From the NCBI GenBank assembly GCA_947456815.1, contig CANGTL010000004.1, positions 22,958-86,957 of the forward strand: a DNA stretch of 64,000 nucleotides, in the 5' to 3' direction. The notes beneath the pieces are model-generated. The model was not told where the DNA came from, made no database searches, and saw nothing but the letters and a program-made list of their open reading frames with translations. This stretch comes from Flavobacteriaceae bacterium (GTDB lineage: Bacteria > Bacteroidota > Bacteroidia > Flavobacteriales > Flavobacteriaceae). Position numbers and translations under genes: made by a program. Positions 46,975 through 57,348 of the stretch are shown here, piece by piece (the first letter of the stretch is position 1; the number at the start of each line of letters is the position of its first letter).

Positions 46975-48309
46975 TTAATCTTCGTTCTTCCAATTCAATC
47001 GATCTTGTTGATTGTATTGCCATGGCGCACCATTATTTTCGATATTAGTCATCATCGCATTTAAAGACATTGGAGCCGCGCTTTGTTCCATTACTAAATA
47101 GCGCCTCATATCCATAATGATCGATAGTGGACTAATGTTCACTGGACATTCTTCAACACACGCATTACAAGACGTACATGCCCACAACTCTTCTGCAGTA
47201 ATGTAATCGTTGAGCAATGCTTTATTATCGGGCACAAAAATACCATTATTTGTATCAATATTTTTTCCTACTTCTTCTAATCTATCTCTTGTGTCCATCA
47301 TTATCTTTCGAGGAGACAATTTCTTTCCAGTTTGATTGGCAGGACAAGCAGAAGTGCAACGGCCACATTCGGTGCATGTGTACGCATTTAGCAATTGAAC
47401 CCAATTTAGGTCTTGAACATCACTCGCACCAAATTTACTAGGAACAGCATTTTCATCAGGAGTTGGTGTCGCGTATGGATCGGCATTTGGATCCATCATC
47501 AATTTAACTTCATTAGTTACTGAAGAAAGATTATCAAATTGTCCTTTTGGATTTAAGTCAGCAAAATAAGTATTTGGAAAAGCCAAAAGGATATGCAAGT
47601 GTTTTGAAAAATACAGATAGTTTAGGAATATAAGGATACCTGAAATGTGCAGCCACCAAAAGATTCTTTCAAAGAATGCAACAGATGTCGGATTCATTCC
47701 ATTAAAAAATGGCGCAATGTACTGCGAGATAGGAAATGAGCCTGCTTGCTCATAATGACCAAAACCGCCAGGAATGTTTTGTAAATGAAAATCGGCGGCA
47801 TTCATCAATAGGAAAAGTGACATCAGGACGATTTCGAAGTACAAAATGTAATTTGCATCACTTTTTGGCCAACCTTTTAAATCAGAACTGATAAATCGCT
47901 TCAATTTTATAATGTTTCTTCTTATTAAGAAGGCGAAAACTGCAACCAATACAAGTACTGCCAATATTTCAAAAGAAGCAATTAAAAGGTCATAAAAAGA
48001 ACTAAAAAAGGAAAAAACTCGATGTGTTCCGAAGAGTCCATCAATAATGATTTCCAAGACTTCTATATTGATTATGACAAAACCAAGATATACAATAATG
48101 TGCAAAATACCAGCAATAGGACGCTTGACCATTTTGGATTGGCCTAATGCAATCATAGCCATGTTCTTCATACGCTCTGATGGGCGATCAGACCGATCAA
48201 TTGGTTGACCCAAATTGATATTTCGCTTAATTTTCTTTACCTTTTTGACAAAATAGAAAACACCAATGGTGAGTAGAATTGCAAAAAATAAGCTGCTAAA
48301 AAGTTGCAT
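46975..48309 (-). CDS. Membrane Fe-S oxidoreductase subunit (TM domain plus 2x[4Fe-4S])
   Basis: Multiple TM helices, CTECGRCTSACP and CTSCNACVEECP. Confidence 0.9.
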   Translation of the reverse strand: MQLFSSLFFAILLTIGVFYFVKKVKKIKRNINLGQPIDRSDRPSERMKNMAMIALGQSKMVKRPIAGILHIIVYLGFVIINIEVLEIIIDGLFGTHRVFSFFSSFYDLLIASFEILAVLVLVAVFAFLIRRNIIKLKRFISSDLKGWPKSDANYILYFEIVLMSLFLLMNAADFHLQNIPGGFGHYEQAGSFPISQYIAPFFNGMNPTSVAFFERIFWWLHISGILIFLNYLYFSKHLHILLAFPNTYFADLNPKGQFDNLSSVTNEVKLMMDPNADPYATPTPDENAVPSKFGASDVQDLNWVQLLNAYTCTECGRCTSACPANQTGKKLSPRKIMMDTRDRLEEVGKNIDTNNGIFVPDNKALLNDYITAEELWACTSCNACVEECPVNISPLSIIMDMRRYLVMEQSAAPMSLNAMMTNIENNGAPWQYNQQDRLNWKNED

Positions 48310-48320
48310 AAATAGTAGTT

Positions 48321-49274
48321 TTATTTAGTACTTGTATTTGCTGGAGCTACGTATGGCTTGTTCTTTTTTCCAAAAAGAGAAACGTTTACATATCTCGTCG
48401 GATTTAGACGCAAGTCTTCAAGTAGCAATTCAAGTTCTTTTGACGTTTTTGTCAAATTGCTGTATAACGCTTCATCTTTCATCATTTTGCCGACCGTTCC
48501 TTTTCCTGCATTCATATCTGCAAGCATTTCATCAACTTTCGCTAAAGTACTTTGAAGGCTTTTTGCAGTTTTACCCAGATCAGCTTTGGTTAGGGAATCG
48601 GAAATTTTTGAAAAGTTAGTCGATACTTTATGAAAATCTGAAACGACACCATTGATATGTGTCTTATTATCTGCAATCATTCCATTTACACTTTCTGATG
48701 CTTTGTGAAATTCGGACAAAGTCGCGCTCAATTCAGCTAATGATTTCTTGATGTCCTCTTGTCCTTTTTTATCCAAAACATTATTAATTCCAGAGATCAT
48801 TTGATCTGCATTAGATAATATTTTGTCTAATTTAACCTGCAAAGGCGCTAATTTCTCCCCCACTAAATCAGTTAATCCAAGCTTGGTGTTTCCCAGAAGT
48901 TTAGATCCGGATGTTGCTATTTCTTTGTCTTGTAAGTTGGGAACAATCATGATTTGTTTACCGCCGATAAGTCCTGGATCATAAATCGTTGCAACGCTTG
49001 ATTTTGAAATGGGAAAGTCAGACTTAATTTGAAGTTCTACAATTAATTTTCCTGAATTATCAGAAAACTTAATACCGCTTACTTTACCAATTGCGAGTCC
49101 ATTTAAGGTAACTGGAGCAGATTTGCCCAATCCTTCCACATTATCATACTCAACATAAAGTGTTGTGTAATCGGCTAGCAAATCTTTGCCTTTAAGAAAG
49201 CTGTAGCCCCATATAAATAGCATTATAGATGCGATGACTAATATGGCGGTCTTAATTTCTCTTGTAATTTTCAA
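48321..49274 (-). CDS. MlaD/MCE family protein
   Basis: N-terminal TM, GLGKSAPVTLNGLAIGKV MCE motif, helical tail. Confidence 0.92.
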   Translation of the reverse strand: MKITREIKTAILVIASIMLFIWGYSFLKGKDLLADYTTLYVEYDNVEGLGKSAPVTLNGLAIGKVSGIKFSDNSGKLIVELQIKSDFPISKSSVATIYDPGLIGGKQIMIVPNLQDKEIATSGSKLLGNTKLGLTDLVGEKLAPLQVKLDKILSNADQMISGINNVLDKKGQEDIKKSLAELSATLSEFHKASESVNGMIADNKTHINGVVSDFHKVSTNFSKISDSLTKADLGKTAKSLQSTLAKVDEMLADMNAGKGTVGKMMKDEALYSNLTKTSKELELLLEDLRLNPTRYVNVSLFGKKNKPYVAPANTSTK

Positions 49275-49323
49275 AATCTTAATATTTAAACAAAATTAAA
49301 ATAAAATAGGACAAATTTGAATA

Positions 49324-50472
49324 TTATTTCAAAGCCTCTTGGACGCTAATTTTCTTACCATTCTTAAAAGCGATTAGGTAGGCAGAAGAATATCCTTTGG
49401 CGCGAGCCTCTTCTAGATTTTTCTTGGCAATTGCGTAGTCCGAAGTTTCTCCGTACGTGTATTTGTATAGTTGACCATTGTCGGTTGTAGACTGAACATT
49501 GGACAATCCTTTAAAATTAGAAGGTGTCAAATCTAATTTCTTGTTTGCGGCAGCTATCTGTACTCTAAAAATAATTACATCTGATTCGTTCTTGGAAGCT
49601 TCTTTTTCTGGGTCTGATTCTTCTTTCGCAATTGCAGGTGTTTCTTTAATAGGTTCCTGTGCCATTTTCTTGGATGGTTTCTCAATAATATCCGAGCTGC
49701 TGCTTCCAAAATATTCTTTTTTATAGCTTATGATTGCATTTGCAATTGCTTGGGCTATATCTTGTTGCCCATTTTCAGAGTCAAGCATTGCTCCTTCGGT
49801 AGGGTTTGAAATGAAACCAGTTTCAATCAGAACTCTTGGCATATAAGCTTTATGCAAAACCATAAATGGCGCTTGTTTTACTCCACGTGATTTTCTATTT
49901 AATCCAGCAAATTGATCTTGAATTTTGCTTGCCAAAGAAATACTGTTTTCTAAATACTCCTCTTGCATTAAGGTTAGACCGATCATTGAACTTGGATTAT
50001 TTGGATCAAAGCCCTCATATTTCTGCTTGTAGTCTTTTTCCAAGGTAATTACGGCATTTTCACTTTTTGCAACAGCTAGATTGGAAGCATTTTTGTTTAA
50101 ACCCATTACATATGTTTCGCATCCATCAGCAGAAGTATTTTTATTAGCATTGCAGTGAATTGAAACAAAAATATTAGAATCGACTCTATTGGCAATGCTT
50201 GAGCGCTCAACAAGCTCAATAAAGACATCAGTTTTTCGCGTGTAGTTTACTTCAATATTTGGATTGGCTTCTAATATTTTACCCACTTTAAGTACAATTC
50301 CTAAGGTAATATTCTTTTCAATATGTCCATGGTACACTGCGCCGAAGTCATGTGCGCCATGACCAGCGTCGAGCGTTACTTTAAATTTACCTGTAGATTG
50401 TGAATAAATAGAAAATGAAAAAAGAAAAAACAGAAAAAAAGATAAATAATTGATTTTATTTAGAATACGCAT
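49324..50472 (-). CDS. N-acetylmuramoyl-L-alanine amidase (Amidase_3) with a C-terminal SPOR-like region
   Basis: LDAGHG, EKNITL, FVSIHCNA and VLIETGFISN. Confidence 0.94.
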   Translation of the reverse strand: MRILNKINYLSFFLFFLFSFSIYSQSTGKFKVTLDAGHGAHDFGAVYHGHIEKNITLGIVLKVGKILEANPNIEVNYTRKTDVFIELVERSSIANRVDSNIFVSIHCNANKNTSADGCETYVMGLNKNASNLAVAKSENAVITLEKDYKQKYEGFDPNNPSSMIGLTLMQEEYLENSISLASKIQDQFAGLNRKSRGVKQAPFMVLHKAYMPRVLIETGFISNPTEGAMLDSENGQQDIAQAIANAIISYKKEYFGSSSSDIIEKPSKKMAQEPIKETPAIAKEESDPEKEASKNESDVIIFRVQIAAANKKLDLTPSNFKGLSNVQSTTDNGQLYKYTYGETSDYAIAKKNLEEARAKGYSSAYLIAFKNGKKISVQEALK

Positions 50473-50530
50473 AGTCGCTATTAAAGTTAATTTTTATAAA
50501 AACGTAAAGCTTTTAAATTTTAATAATACC

Positions 50531-50538
50531 TATTTTTG
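50531..50538 (+). promoter_or_regulatory. -7 promoter element TATTTTTG for lptD
   Basis: Exact TAnnTTTG 21 nt before TTG 50559. Confidence 0.6.
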
Positions 50539-50558
50539 ACGAAAAATAATCAGTAAGT

Positions 50559-53285
50559 TTGGCGCGTCAAAAATTAAGCCATATTTTTACAAAAATAGCA
50601 TTAAAACCTTTGCGTACAAACTTATTTCATATCGTTTTTTCAGTCTTTTTCCTAACAATTGGAATTTCGGAAAGTTATTCACAAGAATTAGACAAAAAAA
50701 CAGCTTCATTCCCTGCGAAATCAGTTAAAGACAGCACTAGTATTTCTGATAATGAACTTTCAAAAATTGGCGATACTATTAAAATTGATAGCATTAAGCC
50801 AAAAAAGTCTGTTCTTGAGGGCAAAATTAAATACAAAGCGCAAGCCTATGCTAAACTTGATCAAAAGAAGAAACTAATCACTTTATATGATCAAGCAGAA
50901 TTATACTACCAAGATATTGAACTGAAATCTGGTATCATCGTTTTTAATTACGAGAAGAATGAAGTTTATGCCGGTCGTATTAAGGATTCGGCTGGAGTTT
51001 ATACGCAGTTCCCTACGTTTAAACAAGGCACAAATGTGGTTGAACCGGATTCTATCCGATTTAATTATAAGACTAAGAAAGCATTGATTTGGAATTCGAG
51101 AACGGAACAAGGCGAATTTAAAGTCAAAGCAGAAATTTCAAAACGAGTAAATGATTCCGTTTATTTTTTGAAAGGTGCGAGATTTACGACAGCAGAAGAT
51201 ATTGAAGATCCAGAATATTATTTTAGAACAAGTCGCTTAAAACTTGTTCCTGGAAAGAAAGTTGTCACGGGCTTAACAAATATGGTAATTGCCGATGTAC
51301 CTACTCCAATTGCACTTCCATTTGCTTTTTTTCCGATGTCCGAAACAAGTCGGTCTGGATTGATAATTCCAACTTGGAATGATACCAGAACGCAAGGTTA
51401 TTCCTTACAAAATGGAGGATACTATTTAGCTTTGAGTGATTACTACGATTTAGCAATTCTTGGGGACTATTATACCAATGGTAGTTACGCGACAAGATTT
51501 GAATCTACTTATGCTAAAAAATACAAATTCAGAGGTAATGTAAATTTTCGATACGAGAACTTAATCAACAGTGAACGAGGATTCCCAGATTATTCAAAAA
51601 CAAATATCTATAATATCCAGTGGTCACATTCGCAAGACTCTAAAGCGAGTCCAAATTCACGGTTCTCAGCGTCCGTTAATTTTGGAAGTAGTACTTATTT
51701 TAGGCAGTCGCTGAACCAAGCTAATGTTGGGTCCAATTTGAACAACACCTTAAGTTCCTCAGTTTCTTATTCTAAAACATTTAATTCCGTTCCACAAGTA
51801 AATATGTCTTTGACGGCGAACCATACACAAAATACGAATACAGAGCAAATTAACATGACGCTCCCTACTTTACAGGCTAGTGTCGATCGTGTTTTTCCGT
51901 TTGCTCCTAAAGATGGCGTCAAGAAAGGAATGATTAAAAATATCAATTTACAGTATAATCTAAGAGGAGAAAATAGATTTGCCACCACAGACTCTCTGTT
52001 TTTTAAACCGGAGATGTTTAGAGATGCTAAGGTTGGCGTACAACACAGCATTCCATTGAGTACAAATTTTAAGATTTTTAAATATTTTAGCGCAACGACT
52101 TCCGTCAATTTTGAAGAGGTTTGGTACTTAAAAACAATCCGAAAGAGCTTTGATCCAGTAGCAAATAAAGAAGTAATTAGGGAGGTTAATAAGTTTGACG
52201 CATTTCGAACTTATTCGTTTTCTCAAAACGTCGGAACTACAATTTATGGGACGTTTAATTTTGGGGAAAATAAGAAAATACAAGCAATTAGACATGTAAT
52301 GAGACCAAGCATTTCATATAGTTACATACCAAGTTTTGATCAGTATTATGATACTTATGCTGCAGATGGAAGTGGAACGATGGTGAAAGAATACACAAGA
52401 TTTGAACAGGGAATTTTTGCAGCACCCGGAAATAGGTTATCAAGTAGCGTTGGATTTAGTTTGAATAATACTTTTGAAGCTAAGGTAACTGATAGAGATA
52501 CGACGAAATTAGAACCAAAGAAAGTCATGCTGCTAAACAATTTGAATCTAGGAACAACATACGATATCAAAAAAGATTCTTTAAATTGGTCGCCACTGCG
52601 CGTGAGTGGTGGGACGGCTTTTTTTAATAATAAGATGAATGTGAATTTTGGAATGACTTTAAACCCTTACGCAATCGATAATTCTGGACGTGAATTTAAT
52701 GCCTGGAATATTGATAACGGCGGTAGTTTATTTAGAATGACCAGTGCCAATATGACGGTCAACTATTCTTTAAATAGCACTGAATTTGGTAAAACCGACA
52801 ATAAGAAAATTAATAATCAAGGTGTTCGAAATGGCGGACGACAAGATGATTTGTTCGGAACCAATACTGATTTTAGTGATCGGCGTTCGAATCAGTTTGG
52901 AGATGACCCAGATAAGGAAGAGAACGAATTCAAGGGTTTTTACAAGTATGATTTGCCTTGGGATATTAATTTTGCTTACCAACTTACCTATTCGAACGTG
53001 CGACGAGAAAAGGAAATATCTGGAAATTCTGTGATGATGTCTGTAAATTCAGATATTGCCCCGAAATGGAAAGTGGGTGTCTCGACCGGATATGATTTTG
53101 TGCAAAAGGGAGTTACATTTACGCAGTTTCGTTTTTCTAGAGATCTACTTAGTTGGCGCATGGATTTCAGCTGGACACCTTACGGTACAAATGCCTTCTG
53201 GAGTTTCTTTATTGGAATTAAATCTGGCGTATTGAGCGATATTAAATGGGAGAAGCGAACACTTCCGGACCGTGTGCTGAGATAA
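50559..53285 (+). CDS. lptD: Putative LPS-assembly protein LptD
   Basis: 908 aa with an OstA-like N-region and long beta-barrel (PFAFFP, GYSLQNGGYY). TTG start. Confidence 0.82.
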   Translation: MARQKLSHIFTKIALKPLRTNLFHIVFSVFFLTIGISESYSQELDKKTASFPAKSVKDSTSISDNELSKIGDTIKIDSIKPKKSVLEGKIKYKAQAYAKLDQKKKLITLYDQAELYYQDIELKSGIIVFNYEKNEVYAGRIKDSAGVYTQFPTFKQGTNVVEPDSIRFNYKTKKALIWNSRTEQGEFKVKAEISKRVNDSVYFLKGARFTTAEDIEDPEYYFRTSRLKLVPGKKVVTGLTNMVIADVPTPIALPFAFFPMSETSRSGLIIPTWNDTRTQGYSLQNGGYYLALSDYYDLAILGDYYTNGSYATRFESTYAKKYKFRGNVNFRYENLINSERGFPDYSKTNIYNIQWSHSQDSKASPNSRFSASVNFGSSTYFRQSLNQANVGSNLNNTLSSSVSYSKTFNSVPQVNMSLTANHTQNTNTEQINMTLPTLQASVDRVFPFAPKDGVKKGMIKNINLQYNLRGENRFATTDSLFFKPEMFRDAKVGVQHSIPLSTNFKIFKYFSATTSVNFEEVWYLKTIRKSFDPVANKEVIREVNKFDAFRTYSFSQNVGTTIYGTFNFGENKKIQAIRHVMRPSISYSYIPSFDQYYDTYAADGSGTMVKEYTRFEQGIFAAPGNRLSSSVGFSLNNTFEAKVTDRDTTKLEPKKVMLLNNLNLGTTYDIKKDSLNWSPLRVSGGTAFFNNKMNVNFGMTLNPYAIDNSGREFNAWNIDNGGSLFRMTSANMTVNYSLNSTEFGKTDNKKINNQGVRNGGRQDDLFGTNTDFSDRRSNQFGDDPDKEENEFKGFYKYDLPWDINFAYQLTYSNVRREKEISGNSVMMSVNSDIAPKWKVGVSTGYDFVQKGVTFTQFRFSRDLLSWRMDFSWTPYGTNAFWSFFIGIKSGVLSDIKWEKRTLPDRVLR

Positions 53286-53308
53286 TTTAAAAACTAACAT
53301 TACTTCAA

Positions 53309-53689
53309 ATGAAAAAGATAATTTTTACCGAAAAAGCGCCTTCACCTATTGGACCCTATAGCCAAGCAGTGATGGTTGGAAATACTTTATATACATCGGG
53401 TCAAATTGCGCTAAATCCGTCGACTATGGAATTGGTCTTAGACAATATCGAAGCGGAAACCGAGCAAGTAATGCAGAATCTAAAAGCACTTTTAGAAGCG
53501 GCAGAAATGAGTTTTGAAAATGTATTTAAAACTACAATTTTTATCACCAATATGCATGATTTTGCTAGAATCAACGCGGTTTACAGTAAGTACTTTAACG
53601 AAGAAACCGCTCCTGCAAGAGAAACTGTTCAAGTGGCAGCTTTGCCAAAATTTGTAAATATTGAGATTGCTATGATGGCAACGAAATAG
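53309..53689 (+). CDS. ridA: RidA/YjgF reactive imine deaminase
   Basis: APSPIGPYSQA, SGQI and PARETVQVAALPK. Confidence 0.92.
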   Translation: MKKIIFTEKAPSPIGPYSQAVMVGNTLYTSGQIALNPSTMELVLDNIEAETEQVMQNLKALLEAAEMSFENVFKTTIFITNMHDFARINAVYSKYFNEETAPARETVQVAALPKFVNIEIAMMATK

Positions 53690-54044
53690 CATTTAATAGT
53701 AGTTGCGCCGTTGCTTCATTCGTCGCTAATGGGATATTATGTACATCGCAAACGCGGATTAGCATATTGATATCTACTTCGTGTGGATGGCTTGAATTGG
53801 GGTCTTTAAAGAACAATACCATCTTGGTTTTGCCTTCAGCAACTCTGGCTGCGATTTGAGCATCTCCTCCCATCGGACCTGAAAGCATCCTTTTTACTTT
53901 AAAACCGGCATTTTCTGCTTGTCCACCAGTAGTTCCGGTAGCAATCAACTTTATATTTTCTTGATGTAATAGTACTTTGTTCTTATTTAAGAACTGAACC
54001 ATATCCGCTTTCATTCTGTCGTGGGCTATGATGGCGATTTCCAT
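53670..54044 (-). CDS. mgsA: Methylglyoxal synthase
   Basis: IAHDRMK, ATGTTG, SGPMGGDAQI and HEVDINMLIRVCDVHNIPLATN. Confidence 0.95.
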   Translation of the reverse strand: MEIAIIAHDRMKADMVQFLNKNKVLLHQENIKLIATGTTGGQAENAGFKVKRMLSGPMGGDAQIAARVAEGKTKMVLFFKDPNSSHPHEVDINMLIRVCDVHNIPLATNEATAQLLLNAISLPS

Positions 54045-54064
54045 TACTTATGTTTTACGAGATA

Positions 54065-54916
54065 TTATTTATTCAAAATGTGATAGGCTATCAAACCGTC
54101 GATAGGTCGGCGCAGCACGTTGCCAACTTTAATATCGTACTTCTCCAATGTTTCTTCCAATTCTTCTTTGAGGTAGAAAGCAATTGAGCCAACGAAATGA
54201 ACTAAAACGTCTCTACAATTGTCGAATTGCATAATGTAATTTTCAGCGAAATCTTTCATCTCCGCTTGGATGATGTTTTTGCAAAACGGATTGTCTTTGT
54301 GCTTGATGAGGAATTTCGCAAATGTCGCTAAATACGCATTTGGATTCGGTTCTTTGTAGAGATTGTGCTTGATATAGTCTGCATCAACGTTGTACTCTTC
54401 TTCAAATTCCTTCGCTAAATCTTTAGGCATTTTATTGAAGTAATAGCCACGCAACAAGTGTCTTCCGAATCGATTGCCAGAACAATCATCCATAGCGATA
54501 TAACCTAGCGATTGTACTTTTTGATGCAATACATTTCCGTCGAAATAACTGCAATTTGAACCCGTTCCCAGTATACAAACAATAGCTTGCTCTCCTTTTG
54601 GTGTAGTGGCATACACTGCTGCATAGGTATCTTCATGGACAACAACTGTAGCCTTCTTAAAATACTCTTGAAACACTTTGGTTAAGAAATCTTTCATTCT
54701 GTCGGTTCCGCAGCCCGCGCCGTAAAAGAACAAATGACTTGCTTTGGCTTTGTTGTGTGAAATGTCAAATTTATCATTGAGACGATGAATGATTTCTTCT
54801 TTGGTTAAAACTTCTGGATTTAAACCCAATGTTTGCGTAGTAAATAATACTTTTCCTGATTCATCGATGGCAATCCAATCGGCTTTGGTGGATCCACTGT
54901 CTACGAGTAGTTTCAT
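54065..54916 (-). CDS. BadF/BadG-type sugar kinase (N-acetylglucosamine kinase-like)
   Basis: VDSGSTKADW, FYGAGC, ILGTGSN and FVGSIA. Confidence 0.88.
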   Translation of the reverse strand: MKLLVDSGSTKADWIAIDESGKVLFTTQTLGLNPEVLTKEEIIHRLNDKFDISHNKAKASHLFFYGAGCGTDRMKDFLTKVFQEYFKKATVVVHEDTYAAVYATTPKGEQAIVCILGTGSNCSYFDGNVLHQKVQSLGYIAMDDCSGNRFGRHLLRGYYFNKMPKDLAKEFEEEYNVDADYIKHNLYKEPNPNAYLATFAKFLIKHKDNPFCKNIIQAEMKDFAENYIMQFDNCRDVLVHFVGSIAFYLKEELEETLEKYDIKVGNVLRRPIDGLIAYHILNK

Positions 54917-54922
54917 TTTATT

Positions 54923-54962
54923 TGAGTTGCTGAGTGCCTAAGTTGCTGAGTAACTAAGAAAC
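54923..54962 (-). repeat. Degenerate octamer array (T(G/A)AGTTGC-like x5)
   Basis: tgagttgc tgagtgcc taagttgc tgagtaac taagaaac, directly upstream of the kinase ATG. Confidence 0.8.
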
Positions 54963-55001
54963 TTGATTTGTAATATATTCGTTCTGGTTTGTTAAGGTGC
55001 C

Positions 55002-55063
55002 CTAGCCCCGATTGGAAGCAGTATCCTCGCAGAGATACTGCGGAAAGCGGGAATAGCTTCTAA
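55002..55063 (-). repeat. REP-like element, copy E (minimal, no inner module)
   Basis: The reverse complement reads TTAGAAGCTATTCCCGCTTTCCGCAGTATCTCTGCGAGGATACTGCTTCCAATCGGGGCTAG, with a perfect GCAGTATC/GATACTGC stem. Confidence 0.88.
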
Positions 55064-55069
55064 TCATAA

Positions 55070-55096
55070 AAGTCCAGTTCATGACAAACTGGACTT
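55070..55096 (-). terminator. Intrinsic terminator after gapA
   Basis: AAGTCCAGTT-7nt-AACTGGACTT hairpin, followed by a U-tract on the minus strand. Confidence 0.85.
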
Positions 55097-55108
55097 AAAG
55101 ATATTGTT

Positions 55109-56167
<1,059 letters not shown>

Positions 56168-56205
56168 TTAATTTAAAGTACTTATTTGTGGTATTTTTTT
56201 CATTT

Positions 56206-57192
56206 TTAGGTAGACATGATATCTGAAACGCGCAATAATTCACGATCGATTTCAGTGTGTCCTTTAATTGCTTGTTCAAGTGGTGTCAAAGCAACTTTAT
56301 CATTGAGCAACCCGACCATAAAGTTGGACTTCCCTTCCAATAAAGATTCGACCGCTTTCACGCCAAGACGACTGGCTAGCACTCTATCGAAGCATGAAGG
56401 TGCGCCACCGCGTTGCATGTGACCAAGAACAGAAACACGAACATCGTACTCAGGAAGATTGGCTTCGACATAATCTTTGAGTTCAAAAACGTTCTTACCG
56501 ATTTTATCTCCTTCGGCGATGACAACAATACTTGAGGATTTTCCTGAAGCTTTACTTTTCTTTAAGGAGTCGAGTAATCTTTCTAGACCAAGGTCTTCTT
56601 CTGGAATAAGAATTTCTTCTGCTCCCGCCCCGATTCCAGCATTGAGTGCAATATGACCTGCGTCGCGCCCCATTACTTCGACGAAAAATAAACGATTGTG
56701 TGAACTGGCGGTGTCGCGAATTTTATCAATTACTTCTACAACAGTATTAAGTGCTGTGTCGTATCCTAATGTATGGCTTGTTCCGTAAATATCATTGTCA
56801 ATAGTTCCTGGAATTCCCATTACTGGAAATCCGTATTCATTGTTAAATACTTCCGCTCCAGTAAAGCTTCCGTCTCCTCCAATGACAACAAGCGCATCTA
56901 CATTCGCAGCCATTAGATGGTCGTACGCTTTCTTTCTTCCCTCAGTTGTCATAAATTCTTTAGAACGTGCTGACTTGAGGATTGTTCCGCCTTTATTGAC
57001 AATATTATTTACGCTTCGAGGCCCCATTTCTTTGAAGTCACCTTCAATCATTCCTTGATAACCACGGTAAATTCCGATACACTCAACGTTATGGTAAGCG
57101 CAAGTACGCACTACAGAACGTATAGCGGCATTCATTCCTGGAGAGTCTCCACCTGAAGTCAGAACACCGATTTTTTTTATGGTTTTAGACAT
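56206..57192 (-). CDS. pfkA: ATP-dependent 6-phosphofructokinase
   Basis: TSGGDSPGMN, GGDGS, PGTIDND, EVMGR and GHMQRGG. True start is ATG 57192. Confidence 0.97.
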   Translation of the reverse strand: MSKTIKKIGVLTSGGDSPGMNAAIRSVVRTCAYHNVECIGIYRGYQGMIEGDFKEMGPRSVNNIVNKGGTILKSARSKEFMTTEGRKKAYDHLMAANVDALVVIGGDGSFTGAEVFNNEYGFPVMGIPGTIDNDIYGTSHTLGYDTALNTVVEVIDKIRDTASSHNRLFFVEVMGRDAGHIALNAGIGAGAEEILIPEEDLGLERLLDSLKKSKASGKSSSIVVIAEGDKIGKNVFELKDYVEANLPEYDVRVSVLGHMQRGGAPSCFDRVLASRLGVKAVESLLEGKSNFMVGLLNDKVALTPLEQAIKGHTEIDRELLRVSDIMST

Positions 57193-57348
57193 TTTTTGAC
57201 AATTAAAATGTAAAATTAGCAAACATCTACTATAATAATCCCTGAATTATTGATAGTTTGACAAGTTAAACGAAATTCAATCGTTTTCGTTAATAAGTTT
57301 TTGATTTCTTAATAGTTGTGAGATGACTTTAGGAGCATTGTAGTCCTC

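Noticed and set aside
14467-55063. CRISPR array or autonomous IS interpretation of the repeats
   Set aside because: The copies are dispersed rather than regularly spaced with unique spacers, and there are no cas or transposase genes in the window.
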